Below the pieces are notes generated by a model. That model saw only the letters and a program-made list of their open reading frames with translations, had not been told where the DNA came from and ran no database searches. Made by a program: the position numbers and the translations under genes. This document shows positions 9,901-24,900 of a stretch of DNA of 64,000 nt, piece by piece (positions within the stretch are counted from its first letter, which is position 1; every line of letters starts with the position of its first letter). Source of the DNA: a virus; the IMG/VR virus record IMGVR_UViG_3300035684_000001, positions 64,001 through 128,000 of that record; one strand, written 5' to 3'.

Positions 9901-12900
9901 TCAATTTAGTTACTAACTCTGTCAAGAAGCTTTCGGTTATTGGGGGAACTATTACTCAAATCCAGCAATTTGAGCGAAGTATTATTGATGGAGTTAGAGA
10001 AAACTTCGATTTTCTCAGCTTTACACTGCTAACCTTGTCGTCACTGCCTCTAACATTGCTAGCTCAATTAGAAGAAGGGGCAGCACTAATCGTTCCAGAG
10101 CTAGCGTTCATTATTGGAGAAGGAATCCCTAGGGCTTTTTTGTATGCAATGCCTGGGCTGGTCGCGATCGCCACTTCTACGGGATTAATTCAGGGAATTG
10201 AACGGGGATTCATGGGCGCAATCGATGCAATACCGGAATTTCTGGAAAGAATTTCCGACAAAATTTACAATTCCCTCTCTGTCGGGATGAAACAGAAGTT
10301 AAATCAAGGGTTGAGCGAAGGCTTGACATCTTTTGCGCGATCAATGCCTGCAATATTTCCAGGGGGGGTCGCGATCAATGTTGATATCGACAAAAGTTAC
10401 TTAGCAATTAAAGACTTTATTCGAGGTCCGCTAGTAGGACTGATTGCTTACCTCCACCGCGTCGGAGATTTGTCCAAGGAAATTGGTAAGGAAATTTACG
10501 CCGGAATCGAACCAATTTTAAGTTTCAATCCATTTACTTTTTTCCCGCTTTTTTCGGCACTGCCACCCCTGATACCGCTAGTGACTGCTATTTTGCCGAT
10601 GGAAAAGGCACTGGTGTCGCTAGCTAAGTCTCCTTCAGTTCAGGGGATTATGGGATTTTTAACTGGAACCGTTTTACCCGCTGCGCTCAGGACGATCGCG
10701 GCTATTTCTTCTCTAGTTATTTTTACTTTTAACGCGATCGTTACTTTGCCTGTATTGGCGGTATTGCAGGAAGTTATCAGCAGGCTGACTCCAATTACAG
10801 AGATCCTTCGGGCGATCGCGCTTAACGCTCAATCTGTCGCTGCTGCTGTTGGGAGGTCGCTGCTGCTGGCGGTGGATCGCGCAGTAATTGGTATTGCTGC
10901 GCTAATCCTCGAAATTCCCTATATCGGAAAACACTTGTCGGCTGCATTTTTGGTCGGAACCAAAGCCCTAGGCGGATTTTTTCAGTTAATTGCAGCATCT
11001 GCGCCTCGCTACTTAAACTTGCTGCTGAGGTTTTTTCCTACAAAACAATTAGTTGCTCTTTTCTCAAGCTACAGAAAGATTTTTACCGATTTAATGTCGG
11101 GAGTGGTTTACGCATTTAGAGAGGGGTTGAACCCAGTTTCTAATATCTTGATGAAAGCGCTCAATCCGGCAGCAGCTTTCAAGTTCTTGGCTTTTTACAT
11201 CCGAACCAAAGGATTAGCGGGAATTATTAAGAAGGGTGGTTTTGGAGGATTGTCCCAAATATTTAATCTTGCAAACTACATCAACCCTATCGATATTGCA
11301 CTGGGATTGAATAAAAGTTTGAACGAAGTTGCGAGGTTGGTATCGGGAAGTGCAGTTCCTCTGGACTTTATTTCCAGAAAACAAGCTGAAATATTCCAGG
11401 TTTTAGCTACTCCCGCAGCGAGGAGACTAGCTGAAAGAGAGAAGCGTTTGGTATCGCTAGTTGAAATTCTCGAAAGTGCATCGGGTCCGATGAAAGTATT
11501 TATCAAGCTCGTCCAGGGATTGATGATGGTTTCCCCGATCGTCCAGATTGTCAGTCGATTGGGTCTGACAATGCTGTTTTGGTACAACATCCTGAAACCA
11601 GTCAATAAAGAGATGTTGGACGCGATCGCCAATACCAGACTTTTGGGTGTCAGTTTGATGCCCGTCGCCAAGGTGTTGGAAGTCATGCGGTTTGTGGTAG
11701 TCGATCTCGGTGAAATCCTGTTCCGATTCTTAAAGGCGATACCGGGGATGGCTGCAACCGTTATGGATGTCTTTGACAAATTAGGGACAGGTATTGGGGT
11801 GACAATCCACGAAATTGTCGGAGTTTCGTCTATCCTTGCCAATGTTTTCAAATTCTCTGTCATAAACCCGCTAGCGGGCATACTCCTCGCGGTGATAGCG
11901 GTGGCAGACGGTACACTGATTGCAGTATTGGCAACATTTAAGCTGATTCGATTGAAAACTCAGCAGTACGGTGACGCGATCACGGCATTGTTGCGCGGTA
12001 ACTTTGTACCGCTAGTCAAGCAAATTTTTAGTGATTTGTTTGGAGTCATCAACTTCGGGTTTCAGCAGACAGCGATGCGGGCGGTAAGCGCGATCTCCTA
12101 TTTGGGTAAAACAGTAGGGACGATCGTCGGGGCAAGCGCCGCTGAAATTGTCAGGTTAATTCGAGATCCGATCGGTGAAATCACCAGATTAACGGAACTG
12201 TCTGTAAAAAGTTTGGCTGCTGCAACCGCCGGGGTGATGGTTTACGTCCGCCAGTTGCAACTCGATAAATTAATTCGATTTGCTGCGGATTTTTGGCCGG
12301 AAATTTTGGCAGTCGCCAGCGTGTTAGGTAGGATTTATGGTTTACTGAGTCCGATCCAGTTTGCGATCGTGGGACTGATCGAACTCGGCGGATTCTTGTC
12401 CTACGAGTACGCTACCGGATTTCAAAATTTAGATAAAATCATCACCGCTCTCCAGCACCCGATCGACGCATTGAATATGGCGATGCAGGGAATAGCTGGA
12501 TTCCTAGGGTTGTACATCTCACCGGATTTAACTGGGTTTATCGGCAACCTCGCAGAGCAATTTGTCAAATTCCTCCCGGTAATTGGGTCGGGAGTGTTTG
12601 CGATTGCGCTGTTGCTGACGCGGAATATCGGTGGTGCGTTTCAGATGATTTCTAACAACGTGCTCTTGTTTATCGGACGGATTTTGCAAGTTTCCGAGGC
12701 AATTGCAGGGGTGGGTGATCGGGTCAGACAAGTTGCTAGCAGTGCCAACATACAGGTTGGCTTGAGCGAAGTTGCAAATAAAGTGCGCCGCAGATCGACA
12801 GTTGCCGGAATTGCCAACCCGCTAGCTTATTCTCAAGATTTTCAAACCCAGCAGCAGGCAACGTTTCTCGGAGATCAAAGAGTTGCCAAATCTAAAGCAG

Positions 12901-15900
12901 CGCTACGCTATCAAAAGGAGTTAGCCAAAGCCCAGCAACAAGAACAGGCGTTATCGGAACGCGCTCTAATTTCCGAAGTTAAGCGGGGAACTGATTTTGG
13001 TAAGGGATTAGCAGATGCAGAGCGACGGTATTACCTTAAGGACAAAAACGGCATTACCGAGGGGGTGAGCGGAGCTGCTGTAGAAAAACGCCGCAACCGA
13101 TTCGGTATAGAGCAGTACCAAGTTACCGACATCGGTCGCCAACTCCTAAAAATGAGCGGTCAAGGTGGCGAAAACGTCAAGGCGGGGCGGGGCTTGCAAT
13201 TTGAAAACATACGCCGGGAGGCGGCGAAGAGATCCGGGCTAGATGCTGAGTTTTCTCGATTTGGAAATGCGCCGAGCAACGAAGAGTTGGTGAAGTTAGC
13301 CGGTGGCAAAAACGTGGCAATCGACCTTTTGACTAATTTTCAAAAGGCGATGGCTAACTTGCACGTTGAGGATATTAAAGCTGAGTACCTTTACGTGAGT
13401 AAATCAAAATTGCCGCAAGTATCGAAAGATAAACCAGATAGCGAGAGAGCTTTCGATATTCAAGTTCAACGATTCAAGGATAAGGGAAATAAAGATATAG
13501 GTATTAATAGCGTCGCTTCATCGTCAGAGATCCGAAAGGAAATGGAGGCTGCAAAAAAAGCGACCGTCAATGCTAGCACTGCCTTTTATTCAAGGTTGAA
13601 TGCTATTTTAGCTAAGGTTAAAACCTCACCGACTGACTCATCTCCTAGTTCCAAAATGTTTAACCCCGAAGCTGATACGCAAAACTACGCTGATAGGCTA
13701 AAAGCCGCTAAAGCTGTGGACAAGCAAAGGCCACAAGGAGAATTTGAGAGAACTCTTGCAGATATCATTCACACGATCAACGAAAGACAGACTAAGATGA
13801 TCGTTCAAACGGTCACGGGGTTCAATAACTTTGAAGAAGCAAACAAGCAGGCAGCTAGAGAGTTGCAAGAATCTTCTGGGCGATCAAGGCAAGTAGCTAT
13901 AGGTTTTGGCGAGGTAGCAGTACAGGGGGTAAGAAACCTCGGTCATTCAATGCAAGAGTCGTCTAACTTGCTAGAAGGACAGGTTGCTTCCACTCGGAAT
14001 TCTTTGGTTCGTACTTTGTTTGGATGGACTGGAATTCCCAAGATATTAGAAGCTATGCGATTCGATAAAACAATTGCAATTCAAGCGCGAATCGTTCAGG
14101 CTAGAACCGAAAGAATAGCTCGATCTGAAGCTACTGCCGCTTTAGTGTTAAAGAGGGCGCGAGAAAGAGGGCTAGATGCTTTAGTTAAAAACAATCCAGA
14201 ACACGCAAATTTAGATTTACTTCTAGTGAAAATGAGGCAACCAGAAAATAAACAGTTGTATCAATTCTTTAATCAGTTCATGGAGACTGGAAAGTACCAG
14301 CGAGAAGCTACTGGTAACGAAATTACCCAACTAACTGAAATGTTGAAAGCTAGCTTTGGTGAAAAGCGACCTGAGTTTCAGGGAGTAGATAATTTAAAGA
14401 CATTTTTAGACAGATTAAAATCTGCACCCGATCTGAACAAAGAAGATATTCAAAAGTTGCGAAGATATTTGACGCACGGCACGGGGGATCGTGGCAAACA
14501 ACTTAAAGAAAATGAATTTGAAGCATTAGCGAAACAATTAACCAATGCTGGCATAGGAGGAGAAAATGAATTACTGGATTTGCGAACAGCACTTCGCAGA
14601 GATGAGTCACTTGCTACTGTATTCGATCAATATTTGTTAACTGGTAAGTTTGTTTTAAAAGCGAGTCAAGAACAGCAAAATCAAATTGCTGGATTTCTTG
14701 GATTATCTTCGTCCCGTGAACTCAAAAATATTGATCAGATTAAATTAAAAAATCCTTTGGAGCAACTAAAAGTCAATGTTCGGGTTTACCTCGAAAGTAT
14801 AGACGCGGGTTTTGAACGATTCAATCGATCTACAATTAGCCAGATAGATTCCCTAGAATCGAAATTAATTAAAATACCGTTCATGAGTGTAGAGATGGCA
14901 GAAAACATTGTCCGTCCTCTCCGTAACTTTTACGCTGGTATTTACAGATCTGCTTTATCTGCCAAAGATTCATCAATCAAACTAGCTGGCGATCTGTATA
15001 ATGCCGCAGAAGCTAGTGTTAAAGGATCTAAGTTTGTTCAAAGAATTGAAAAACTGAATAAAGATTTTAGAATTGCTCAGCGAAACAGTTTACAACACAT
15101 GATGACAGAAGGGCGCGAGAAAGCCCCGAAAACTCATTATCAATTTATGGGTCAAATGTTTGCGGAGTTGACAAAAACTGACATCAAGGATCGGCAAGTT
15201 CAAGACAAAATACTGCAATCTATTCTCAAGGATCAAAAAGATAGTGAAGGAAATAACATCTCGATCAAAGACAGGCTGCTTAAGTTAGGGATGGGTGATA
15301 GGATTGAAAATATTACTAAAGCACTAGGAAAAGCTTTAGACGTAAATGAGGCTAGAGTTCGTGAGATCGTGGAGAATCCTGATTACACGGCGAAGTCTGT
15401 TGCACCTTATCAATTCTTTTTAGCCAAAGCATTCCCTGATTTAATCAAAAATTTCACCGGGGGAGTGACGTTACTTGCTGCTAAAAGCGGAGCGGGCGGA
15501 TTGATTAAAAAGATAGTTGCAGATATTTCTCCCGCATTAGGTAAACCAGTATTAATTGGACTTTCCAATGTCATCGATCGCGCCCGAATCGCTATGTCAG
15601 TCGGAACCAACCGAATCGCCCGTGAAGTCGAAGGGTTGATCGGGACAAACCCGTTTAGCAATTTCCTTAATAACTTCTCCCGATTTTTAGCTCGCAGTGG
15701 CGATTCGCTGTCCAAGTTTTTTGTTGATCGTGCCAACGGATTTGACGCAGAACGAGCTAAATCTTGGACGGTCAAAATAGTTGATAAAGCAGGAGAACTG
15801 TTCAAGACGGTTGCTGGAGTGTTGGTTCAAGCAGGGAACCAAGCGAAATCGCAGCAGGGCGGAATTTTAGGGGCGATCGGCAATTTATTCTCTGGAGTTA

Positions 15901-18900
15901 AAAAGTTTTTTTCTAATGTTTTTGGTAACAAAGATATTGCAAAGTTGCAAAAGCAAAAAGAGGCAGCAGAAAGACTGGCGCAGTCCGAAGGGGATTCTAG
16001 ATTGGGTCTTGCAGCTAAACGCCGTGCAGCAACTTTGGGTGATCGGATTGAATACACCAAACAGTTTAACTCTCCTGCTTCTAAGGCAAAAGCAGCTTTG
16101 TTTGGACTTGCTGAATTGCTGAAGACTGCTTCTCAAAAAGTTGGGCAGGGAGCTGATGCGCTGAACGCGCAATCGCGCCAAGCTGCAATTCCCCAAAGCG
16201 AAACAACAATTAGAGAAGCCAGTCGGGGAGGGCGACGCCACTACAGAAGTTTAGAGCGTCGCGGACTGATAGATTCGGCCGACGTTAGCATTGACAGCGG
16301 GATGGCTGAATATGCTAGCAATATACTCCCCTTGACCGAGAAGATATCCGCATCAATACTGAAGGGCGCTTCGTCCGCAGCCAGAGGAATTTCTACTTAC
16401 TTTCAAGGAGCGGCTACCCGCACGGAAACAGCATGGCAAGAAGCCACCAACAGAATTACTGGGAATAATTGGTGGACGATGGTGAAGCGCGCTGCGTGGG
16501 CGGGAGTCAAGATTGTGACCAGCCTCAACCACCGCGCATCCGACGTAACCAGCGCAGCCTGGGAAAATACCGAGCATTCTACCGCTGCAAATATGAACCA
16601 GATGGCTCAGGTGGCGGCGGGGACAGGGGCTGAAATTGCCCAAGATATGCAGCGCGCGGCGCAAGTTACTCAGCAGTCGATCGCCCACATCCCTCAAGTC
16701 GCAGAGCAAGCCACAACAAAATCAGTTGGATTTTTCCATAAATTAGTCGGTGCGATGGGCGGAGTTGGCAAGGCTGGAATGGCAGTGGGCGGTGCAGTGA
16801 CAGCAGCCGGATTTGCAGCGCAGACAGCTTTTTTCTCGCTACAAAACATGGGCTTTATCGACGAAGCTACAGGTCAAAGTCTTTATAAAGTAACAGAGTT
16901 GTTCACGTTGGTAGGTGCAGTTGGCGGACTGGCCGCTCCGGTACTGACTGCGTTGGGAGCTAGCTTTGGGGCGATTGTCTCAATTTCGGGCGCAACGATC
17001 GCCGGACTAACTGGCATTGGCGGAGCGATTGCCGGAGCGATGGGAGTAGCAGCGCTACCGCTAGCTCCTTTGATTGCAGGGGTTGCGGCGATCGGGCTAG
17101 CTGCGGGGGGACTATATTTAGCATTTAAAAATAACTTTTTAGGAATTGGAAATTTGGCGCGATCAACTGGAGATATGCTTTCTCAAGCCCTGTCAGCCCC
17201 GATTTCCTTTATTACCGCTGCGTGGCAAAGATTTATCGATGCGTTTGGCGGGAAATTGATGGCGATCATCCAGCCAGCACTAAACGTAGCGCAAGGTTTG
17301 ATAAACGCTCTCAACCACAACCCTACGGAGAAAATACCGACGGCATGGGAGGGAGCTGTTGCAAGCATAACAGGCTTGATACAAGGGATGGTCGCTCCAG
17401 CGAAGGGGGTAGGAGAAGAAATGTCCGAAGTGCTCCAAGCTGATGATGCCAAGCAGCGACGCAAAACGGAATTTATAAATTCAATAGCATTAGGAGCTAC
17501 AGGTGAAAAACAGAAATTGTCGTGGCAGGAGAATCTACAGATAGGCTTCGGTAAGGTTGTCGCTGCACTTACTTCGGTACTGTCGCCTCTTGACTCTGTT
17601 GGTAAGAAGTTAGACATTCAAGCTCAACTCCTCCACGCTCAAATCAGGCAGCAGCAGACCGCACAGGCGCAAACACTTTGGAGGTTCGCCACCAACAAAG
17701 AAAGGAATAAAAATCTAGCGACAAGAATAGAGGGAATGCTTCAAAGAAGATTCTCAAGGGAAGCGCCGCAGCAGTTAAGTCACTCTGCCCGGACTATGGG
17801 CGGTTTTGTCCCTAGAAGCGGTACAACAGCAACTGCTCCGCCGATGTTGGGGGCATTACAGCAAAGTGGAGCGGGTAAAGGTATTTCAAAATTCGGTAGT
17901 TTGCTTAAACCGATTTTTGGGTTAGGGATGTTAGGAGAAGTTGGCACATTAATGCTAGGTATAGGGGGGATAACAACCGCTCTATCTGTTCTCACGCTTG
18001 CTTTCACTACTGACTTTGCGGATATTAGGACAAAGACGGTTAAGTTAACAACGGCGATTGGTCATCTATTCTCCGGTGCAGTTCAAACGATTCAAAGAGC
18101 TTGGACGGGATTTGTACACTGGTTTCTTGATATGCCATTGGTCGATACCGCTTTAGAAATGGCATTGGGTCTTATTGATGCTTTAAATCACAACCCCACA
18201 GAGAAAATCCCAGCAGCATGGGAAGGTGCTGTAGAAAGAATATCAGGAGCGATAAATTGGTTGATAACACCAGCTAAGGAAGTTGCTGGGATATTGACGG
18301 GTGTATTTTCGCCAGTTAGTGACTTTTTTAGTAGTAAAGCAAAACAGGCAAACTTAGTCGTTAGTCAAGGTAAAGAAGCTGTTGTTAATACCAAAAATTC
18401 ACTGACAAACACTTATGCCGGAATGGAAGGTTTTTTCACCCAAGGTTCTCGGGCGATCGAGTCTGAGTTGCATCTACACGGACAGATATTTCTATCGATA
18501 GTTTCTACGCTCAATAACATTGCTTCTTATACTAAATCTTTGCTTTCTCTACTCGACAAGACTCAAGAAGAAACAAGGTCGTCGGCAGTCGCTCAAGCTC
18601 CCGATCTAGGAAAAAGTTCTGTGTTGGCGCAGCGCAAATATCAAATCGGGTTTGGCTTAAAAGGTGAAGGATGGAAAAAAAGAACCGAACAATCAAGACA
18701 AAAAGATATTTCCAATGATTTAGGTCAACAAAAAAGAGGATGGAATCTATTTGATAGAGTACACATTCCCGATTTTATAGAAATTAGAAATGTATTTGAC
18801 AAAGAATCTGCGTTTAGAACGCAAATTCAAGCTCAGATGCAGAAAGAAGAACTTAAGATTGCAGACACGATTCTCCAAGGACTGAATTCAAAATCATTGT

Positions 18901-21900
18901 CCTCTCAAGCAGAATATGCAGGTTTGGCAACGAAGATTACTGTACAGAAAAAAGGTCTTGGCGGACTGCTGGGTCAAACAGAAGATGTCTACAAAATTAA
19001 TCAAGCCGGTCAAAAATATATAGAAGAGCAATTGGCAGCATCTGCCAAAAATCAAGAAGGGATGTTTTCTAATGCTAGGTTGAGTGCTACGGCTGCATCT
19101 GTGGGAGCCAAGATTCCCGATCAATCGCTGTTAGATAAAGCTTTAATTGGGCAAGATTCATTGAATGATGCCATAAAAATTGCACCGGGGCAACCTGGAA
19201 AGTCGCAACAAATCCTACAACTGGAATCAATAAACAGCATATTAGCTGAAATTTTAACAGTTATAATTGGGCTGCAACCAGCATCAGTTCAAATACCCAG
19301 TAAACAGGTAATTGCTGAACCGCCCCGTGAAAAACTTCTACCATTAGAGGTTAAAGAAACAAGTTCTGCACAGAAATTCTTTGGCTTTTTAAGTCAAAGT
19401 ATAAAAGAAAATGCGCCAAAAATAACCAACTCTATTCAAGGTACTGTTAAATCTGGGATTGACAAAACTAAAGATTTTATTTCTTCACGAAAGCAAGCTT
19501 TTATCGAAAAGAAAACGTACTTGGCAGCTAAAGCAGGTGCGGGTATATTTGGTGGCACAGTTCCAAAAACCCCCGACGCGGTTGGTGTCACTGGAACGAT
19601 TGGCTTTGGTGATTTAGGTGCTAGCAGCACAAATGCAGCATGGGCTAATACCGCTTCAGCTATCACGGCGAACATTAATTCCTTGGTACAGCCAGCGGAG
19701 GATTCTGGGTACGAACTGCAAAAAGCTGTTTCTGAAGGTTCTCCCGGCCCAACTTACTGGATTCGACATTACTGGGAAAAAACTGTCGGGGCGATCGCTG
19801 GGTGGATGGGCGACATCCAGTCAACCGCTCAAGAAACCGGATCGGTTCTGCGCGGTAGCTTAACAAATTCAGCTAGCAAGATATTGCTATCGCCACCAAA
19901 AAACGACCTCAAAAGTCAGGCGATTCGATCTGCAAGTTTCTTCATGCTAGCTGTGGGTGATCGCTATCAGTATCTAGCCGATCGCGGAATAGGTAGCGCC
20001 AGTATTCTGTTCGCACCTGGGATGGAGTATGTCACAAGCAGCCTGAGTCAACTGGGTGAAGATTTAGTTGATTTTACCGGGCGATCGGCAAGAGCCTTGC
20101 TAACTCTAAATTTTGTGGAATTAGGGGACGCAGCTCACGACTTCTTCGGTAACTTCAAATATGGGGTGGGAGGGGTACTGTCGGGATTCAGTAGCATGAG
20201 TTTATCGGCGATCGCCTTCGGACTGTTTTCGCTGTCCGGTATTTCTCCGCTGCTTCTAGTCCTGGGGGGTGTCGCATTTACGGCTGCGGTAATCGTTGCG
20301 AACTTCTTGGGTATCCGAACGATTTTAACTGGGCTAATCAAAATTGGGATTGGTGCTGGCAAGATTTTGGCTGGAGTGCTGTGGGGATTAGTGGAAGCAG
20401 CGAGTGCTTTTAAAACGATCGCCCTAGGTATATTGCCCGCGCTGAAAGGAGATTTCACTCTAATCCAAGACGGCTTCCGGCGGCTGGGGTTTGCGTTTGA
20501 GAATTTTCAGCGTAGCGCGAGCGACGGGTTGAAGACGATCGCCCAAGGTTCAATCCAGATATTGCAGGGATTTGGTGAAGCGCTTGAACAAATTTTCCGA
20601 CCGTTAGGTTTTACCATCAAACAGACAACCGAATCTATCCAGAACTTTTTTTCAGCTTTCCGGTCTGGTGAGCAGGCGGGAGAAATGGTCGCATCTATAT
20701 TGATTGCTGCGGTCAAATCATTCACCAATGCTATCGGTTTTGCCATTGACAGTATTAAAAAGCATTTTCCAGTAATCAAGCAGCTTTTGGTAGAGCAACT
20801 TGATCTCGGAGTGCAGTCGATCAAAGACAAAATCTTTCAGGTTCAGGAAGCGATCAAGAATTTTACATTCAAAGATGCGATCACCAGTATCAGTCAACTC
20901 TTTGGTTCCATAGACGGATCTGTTGAGTCAGTTCCCGATCGCATCAAAAGATTAGCACCGGGAATCACTGAAGCTCTGACAGCACCTCTTAGATATGTTG
21001 GAGACTTCTGGCGGAGCTTTTTCAACACAATTCTCGCTGAGCTACCCCCAGAGATTGTGGCGACGATTCAGAAAGGGTTTGGCGACGCAATCTCCGCAGT
21101 TGAGCCGACGTTCCGGCAAATCCTCAAGACGTTGAACATTGAGGAATACTTTGATCGTGCGATAGTCAAGGTTCAAACTTCCTGGCAACACCTAAAAAAT
21201 TGGCTGGGGCAGAGTAACTTATTTCAAGTTGTGGGCGATCGGCTGCGCGAGGCTTTTAAGCCAGAAAACCTGTCTCAAGCTTTTCTTTCAACTATCAATA
21301 TCTTAGAGGCTGCATGGAGCAAGTTCGTTGGTTGGATGAGCGCAACTAATTTATTTGATTGGTTGTTCGCTCTCTTGCTCAAAGTCGGATCGGAATTTAC
21401 ATTGTTTGGAGATTTACTAAGAGAGAAGTGGTCGGATGTTCAAAAGTTGCTGGCATCTGGACAAGTATTCCAAGGATTCTTTGAGGGGATGAAGGATTTA
21501 GGTAGTAAACTAACTACCTGGGCGCTCGAAATTGGCTTAAAATTCGAGATACCAGCGATTCAAGACTTGTTTGTCAAGATTGCTTTATTAGGGGAAAATC
21601 TTAGCAATACAACGGCATTTATTCGAGAAAAATGGAATAAATTATCTGTTTGGTTAGCTGAGACTCCTCTGATTCCAGGGGCTTTAGACTTCCTAGTAGC
21701 ACTTGGTACAAAGTTTGGCGAGACAATATCTTGGATTAAATCTGAATGGCCCAATTTTATCACCTTCTTAACGTCGGCAGATTTGTTTGCGAATATATCT
21801 GCAAAGATGAAGAGTTTTGGCGAATCAATTCCCTCTTTGTTTGAAGAAATAAAAGGACAGGTAGCTAAAATTATTCCTAGCATGAATGGTGCAATCGGAT

Positions 21901-24900
21901 CTATCCAGGTTCAATGGCAACGTCTCACAGAATTCTTGAATAAAAAGGGTCTGTTTACACGGGTGTTTGCGGGACTGAGTGAAGCTCTGAATGAAAAGGG
22001 CTTGTTTACTAGGATTTTTACGGGAATCCAAGATATTCCGATCGCCCTTGGGAAAGTAGCAGACTGGATTAAGGAGAAATGGCAAAAGTTTGCCGTAGAG
22101 TTTCAAACGATATTGACTCCTATCGTAGACTTTGCTAAATGGCTGGGTCAAACCTTGATCAACTTATTGAACCATAGCCCGACGGTCAAGATCCCTGAAG
22201 CTTGGAAGGAAGCAGTCACCAAAATAACGAATTCGTTGTTGGCACTGATAGCGCCTGCGAGTTGGGTGGCAAGTCAAATTATCGAGAAGTTTAATTTAGA
22301 TGCAGTAAAAAATGGGTTTAAATCCCTGACTGGATTTATCTCTAATTTTGCAACCAGCTTGTTTTCTGAAGTTCAACAGCCACTGACAGACTTGATTGGC
22401 ATCGTAGTTTCTGCAAGTAAGTCAGTCATTGATTTTGGCAAAACTTTGTTCGACATTGCCAAGGCGGTAAATAGTGGGGCGATCGCCTCCGATGAGATGA
22501 CATCTAAATTAACGGGTGTGTCATCCGCCGTCAGACATTTGGGTGAATTCTTAGGAGTAATTCTACGGAGTTTAGGGCAGTTCTCTCAAGGATTAACTTC
22601 CGCTGGTGATGATGCCGATCGCGCATCTTCTGCGGGGAAAGGGTTGGGGCAAGTTGTAGGAAAGATGTTAGCTGGCATAGTTAGTTTCTCTACGACAGTC
22701 CTGCCACCTTTGTTCAAAGTGTTGTGGGTGTTTACGCAGATAGGTATTGAGATTTCAGCGTTCGCACTAAAGTTTGTATGGGCATTTCGCTTTGTACTGG
22801 ATTGGCCTAGTCGGGTAATGACCGCTGTTTTAGGTTTATACAATGCGGTCATGAGGTTTGTCGCGCTGTTGTCGTCATTCTCTCGTAAATCTAAGGAAGT
22901 TTTTGTAGGATTACAGGAAGGTTTTGCAAGCTTTAAGACTCAACTAGCAGGTGTTGCGCTGACTGCGAGTGAAATTGCAAGCAGTTTCCTCGGTTTCGCT
23001 AAAGACATCGGTACTTTCGGCTCGAAGATGGGAAGTGTCATAGCTGAAATATTAATCGGGCTGAAAGATGTAGGTGTTGCGCTTTTCAAGCTCGGCTTAG
23101 ATGTTTCCCTACCATTCGACATCTTCAGTGTGTTTAAAGGGATTCCCGACATAATTTCTAGCATAGGTGCTCTTGGCAGTAACGCCACTGAATTAAAAGG
23201 AAGGTTGATTTCAGAGTTGGGAGAATTGGGTGCAGCGATCACCCAGTTTCTCGAACAACCACTGAAAGCGGTGGGGGCAATTTGGGAAAAAACCGGAGGC
23301 AAAATTGTCGGGGCGATCGCGGGTATCGGTAGAAAAGCCAAGCAAACCGGACAACAATTGCAGGGCGATTTGTCGGAAGCGTCGCCGGGTCCGACTTACT
23401 GGATTCGCAAAAATTGGCTCAATACTACAGAGACTATCCAGAGTCAGTTGTCGGACTTGGCGCTGTCTGCAAAAATTGAAGGCAACGCAATTTACAAATT
23501 CTTAGACCGATCGCTCACCGCGTTATCTCCATCTAAAATTGCCGAAGCCGGGGAAGCACTTGGCGGACTGAAGTTTGATGCGCGACTAGCGATGTCGAAC
23601 GTGGGTCGTAATCCGAAAGTTGACACGCAAAGTAACCTTCATGTCATTACCGCACGGCAGTTGAGATTGAATGAACTCTACAAACAAGGGACGATCGACA
23701 GCAAAGTCTACACCCAAGGTTTGAAGAATTTAGAATCTGCCCACAAGCGGGTAACGCAAGCAGTCGAACAGGATACCGCTGCTAGGAAACAAGCTGGTGA
23801 AAGCGTTAGATCTTTGTCGCTGTCGATCGGTTCCGCACTGTCGAACATTGCCCCGCAGCTAGCGACGCCGATATTCATGTTCAATGACTTAGTGACTGCA
23901 TTCCTAGATATTCGGACTGCAATACCGGGGATGCGAGCTTTTTACGCAGCGAACGCAGCAAGTTCCGTAGCTGCTGACAGCGCGATCTCCGCATCCGCTT
24001 TAACCAAAGCTGGAATCGTGGGGGGTGCTAACGGGGCGATCGCCGCTTCTTACGGGTTTGTTGCGGGTGCTGCCAAGCTTGCCTATAGGTCAATGATTGT
24101 ACCGTTGCTGCCGTTTTTACCTTTGATATTAGGGATTAGCTCTGCCATATTTTTGCTGTACCGAGCTTACAAGGACAACATTGGCGACATTCAAGGGGTT
24201 ATGGAAAATGCAAAAAATAGTCTAGGTAATTTTGGATCGTGGATTCTTGAGTCTATTTCCAGTGTTGCTTCTGGAATTGTTGGAATGATTGCAGGCGTCC
24301 TTGGCCCATTGATTGAGGTCAGCAAATTTGCTTTTACTGTATTTGGGGTATTCGTTGAGTCACTACTGAAGATTGGCGCTGCTTTAGCTGTATTTTCTTT
24401 CCTGGGTCAAATAGGGAGTCTGTTTGTCAGCGCTGGGGCATTTGTTACTGGATTGGGGCTAGCAATTGTTGAATTTTCGACGATCGCTGGAAGTGTAGCC
24501 GCAGTATTTAGCGGAGTATTAGTTCCAGTGATTCTCAGTGGATTGAGTGCAATCTTTGCTGCGGCAGCCGCAGTAATCACCCCCTTTCTTCCTTTGATTC
24601 CATTAATTCTAGGAATTGTCACGGTCGGGTGGGTGCTGGGGAAAGTCTTCAACTTTGTTGGCAGTATTATCGGTGGCGTTTTCGGGGGGATTTGGAATTC
24701 GAGTACCGAAGTGGTTGGAACACTATTTCAGGAAATCAGTAATGTCTGGAGCGCACTCGCGGATCTAGGTGATCAAATTGTCCAACCATTCGCCCAAGCT
24801 TTTGGGGCTATCGCCAGTATCTTTGGCGGGGTAGATGGAAACATATCAGGGGTTGCCTCAACAATCATCCATGTGTTGCTGATTCCAGTTAAGCTTCTAG

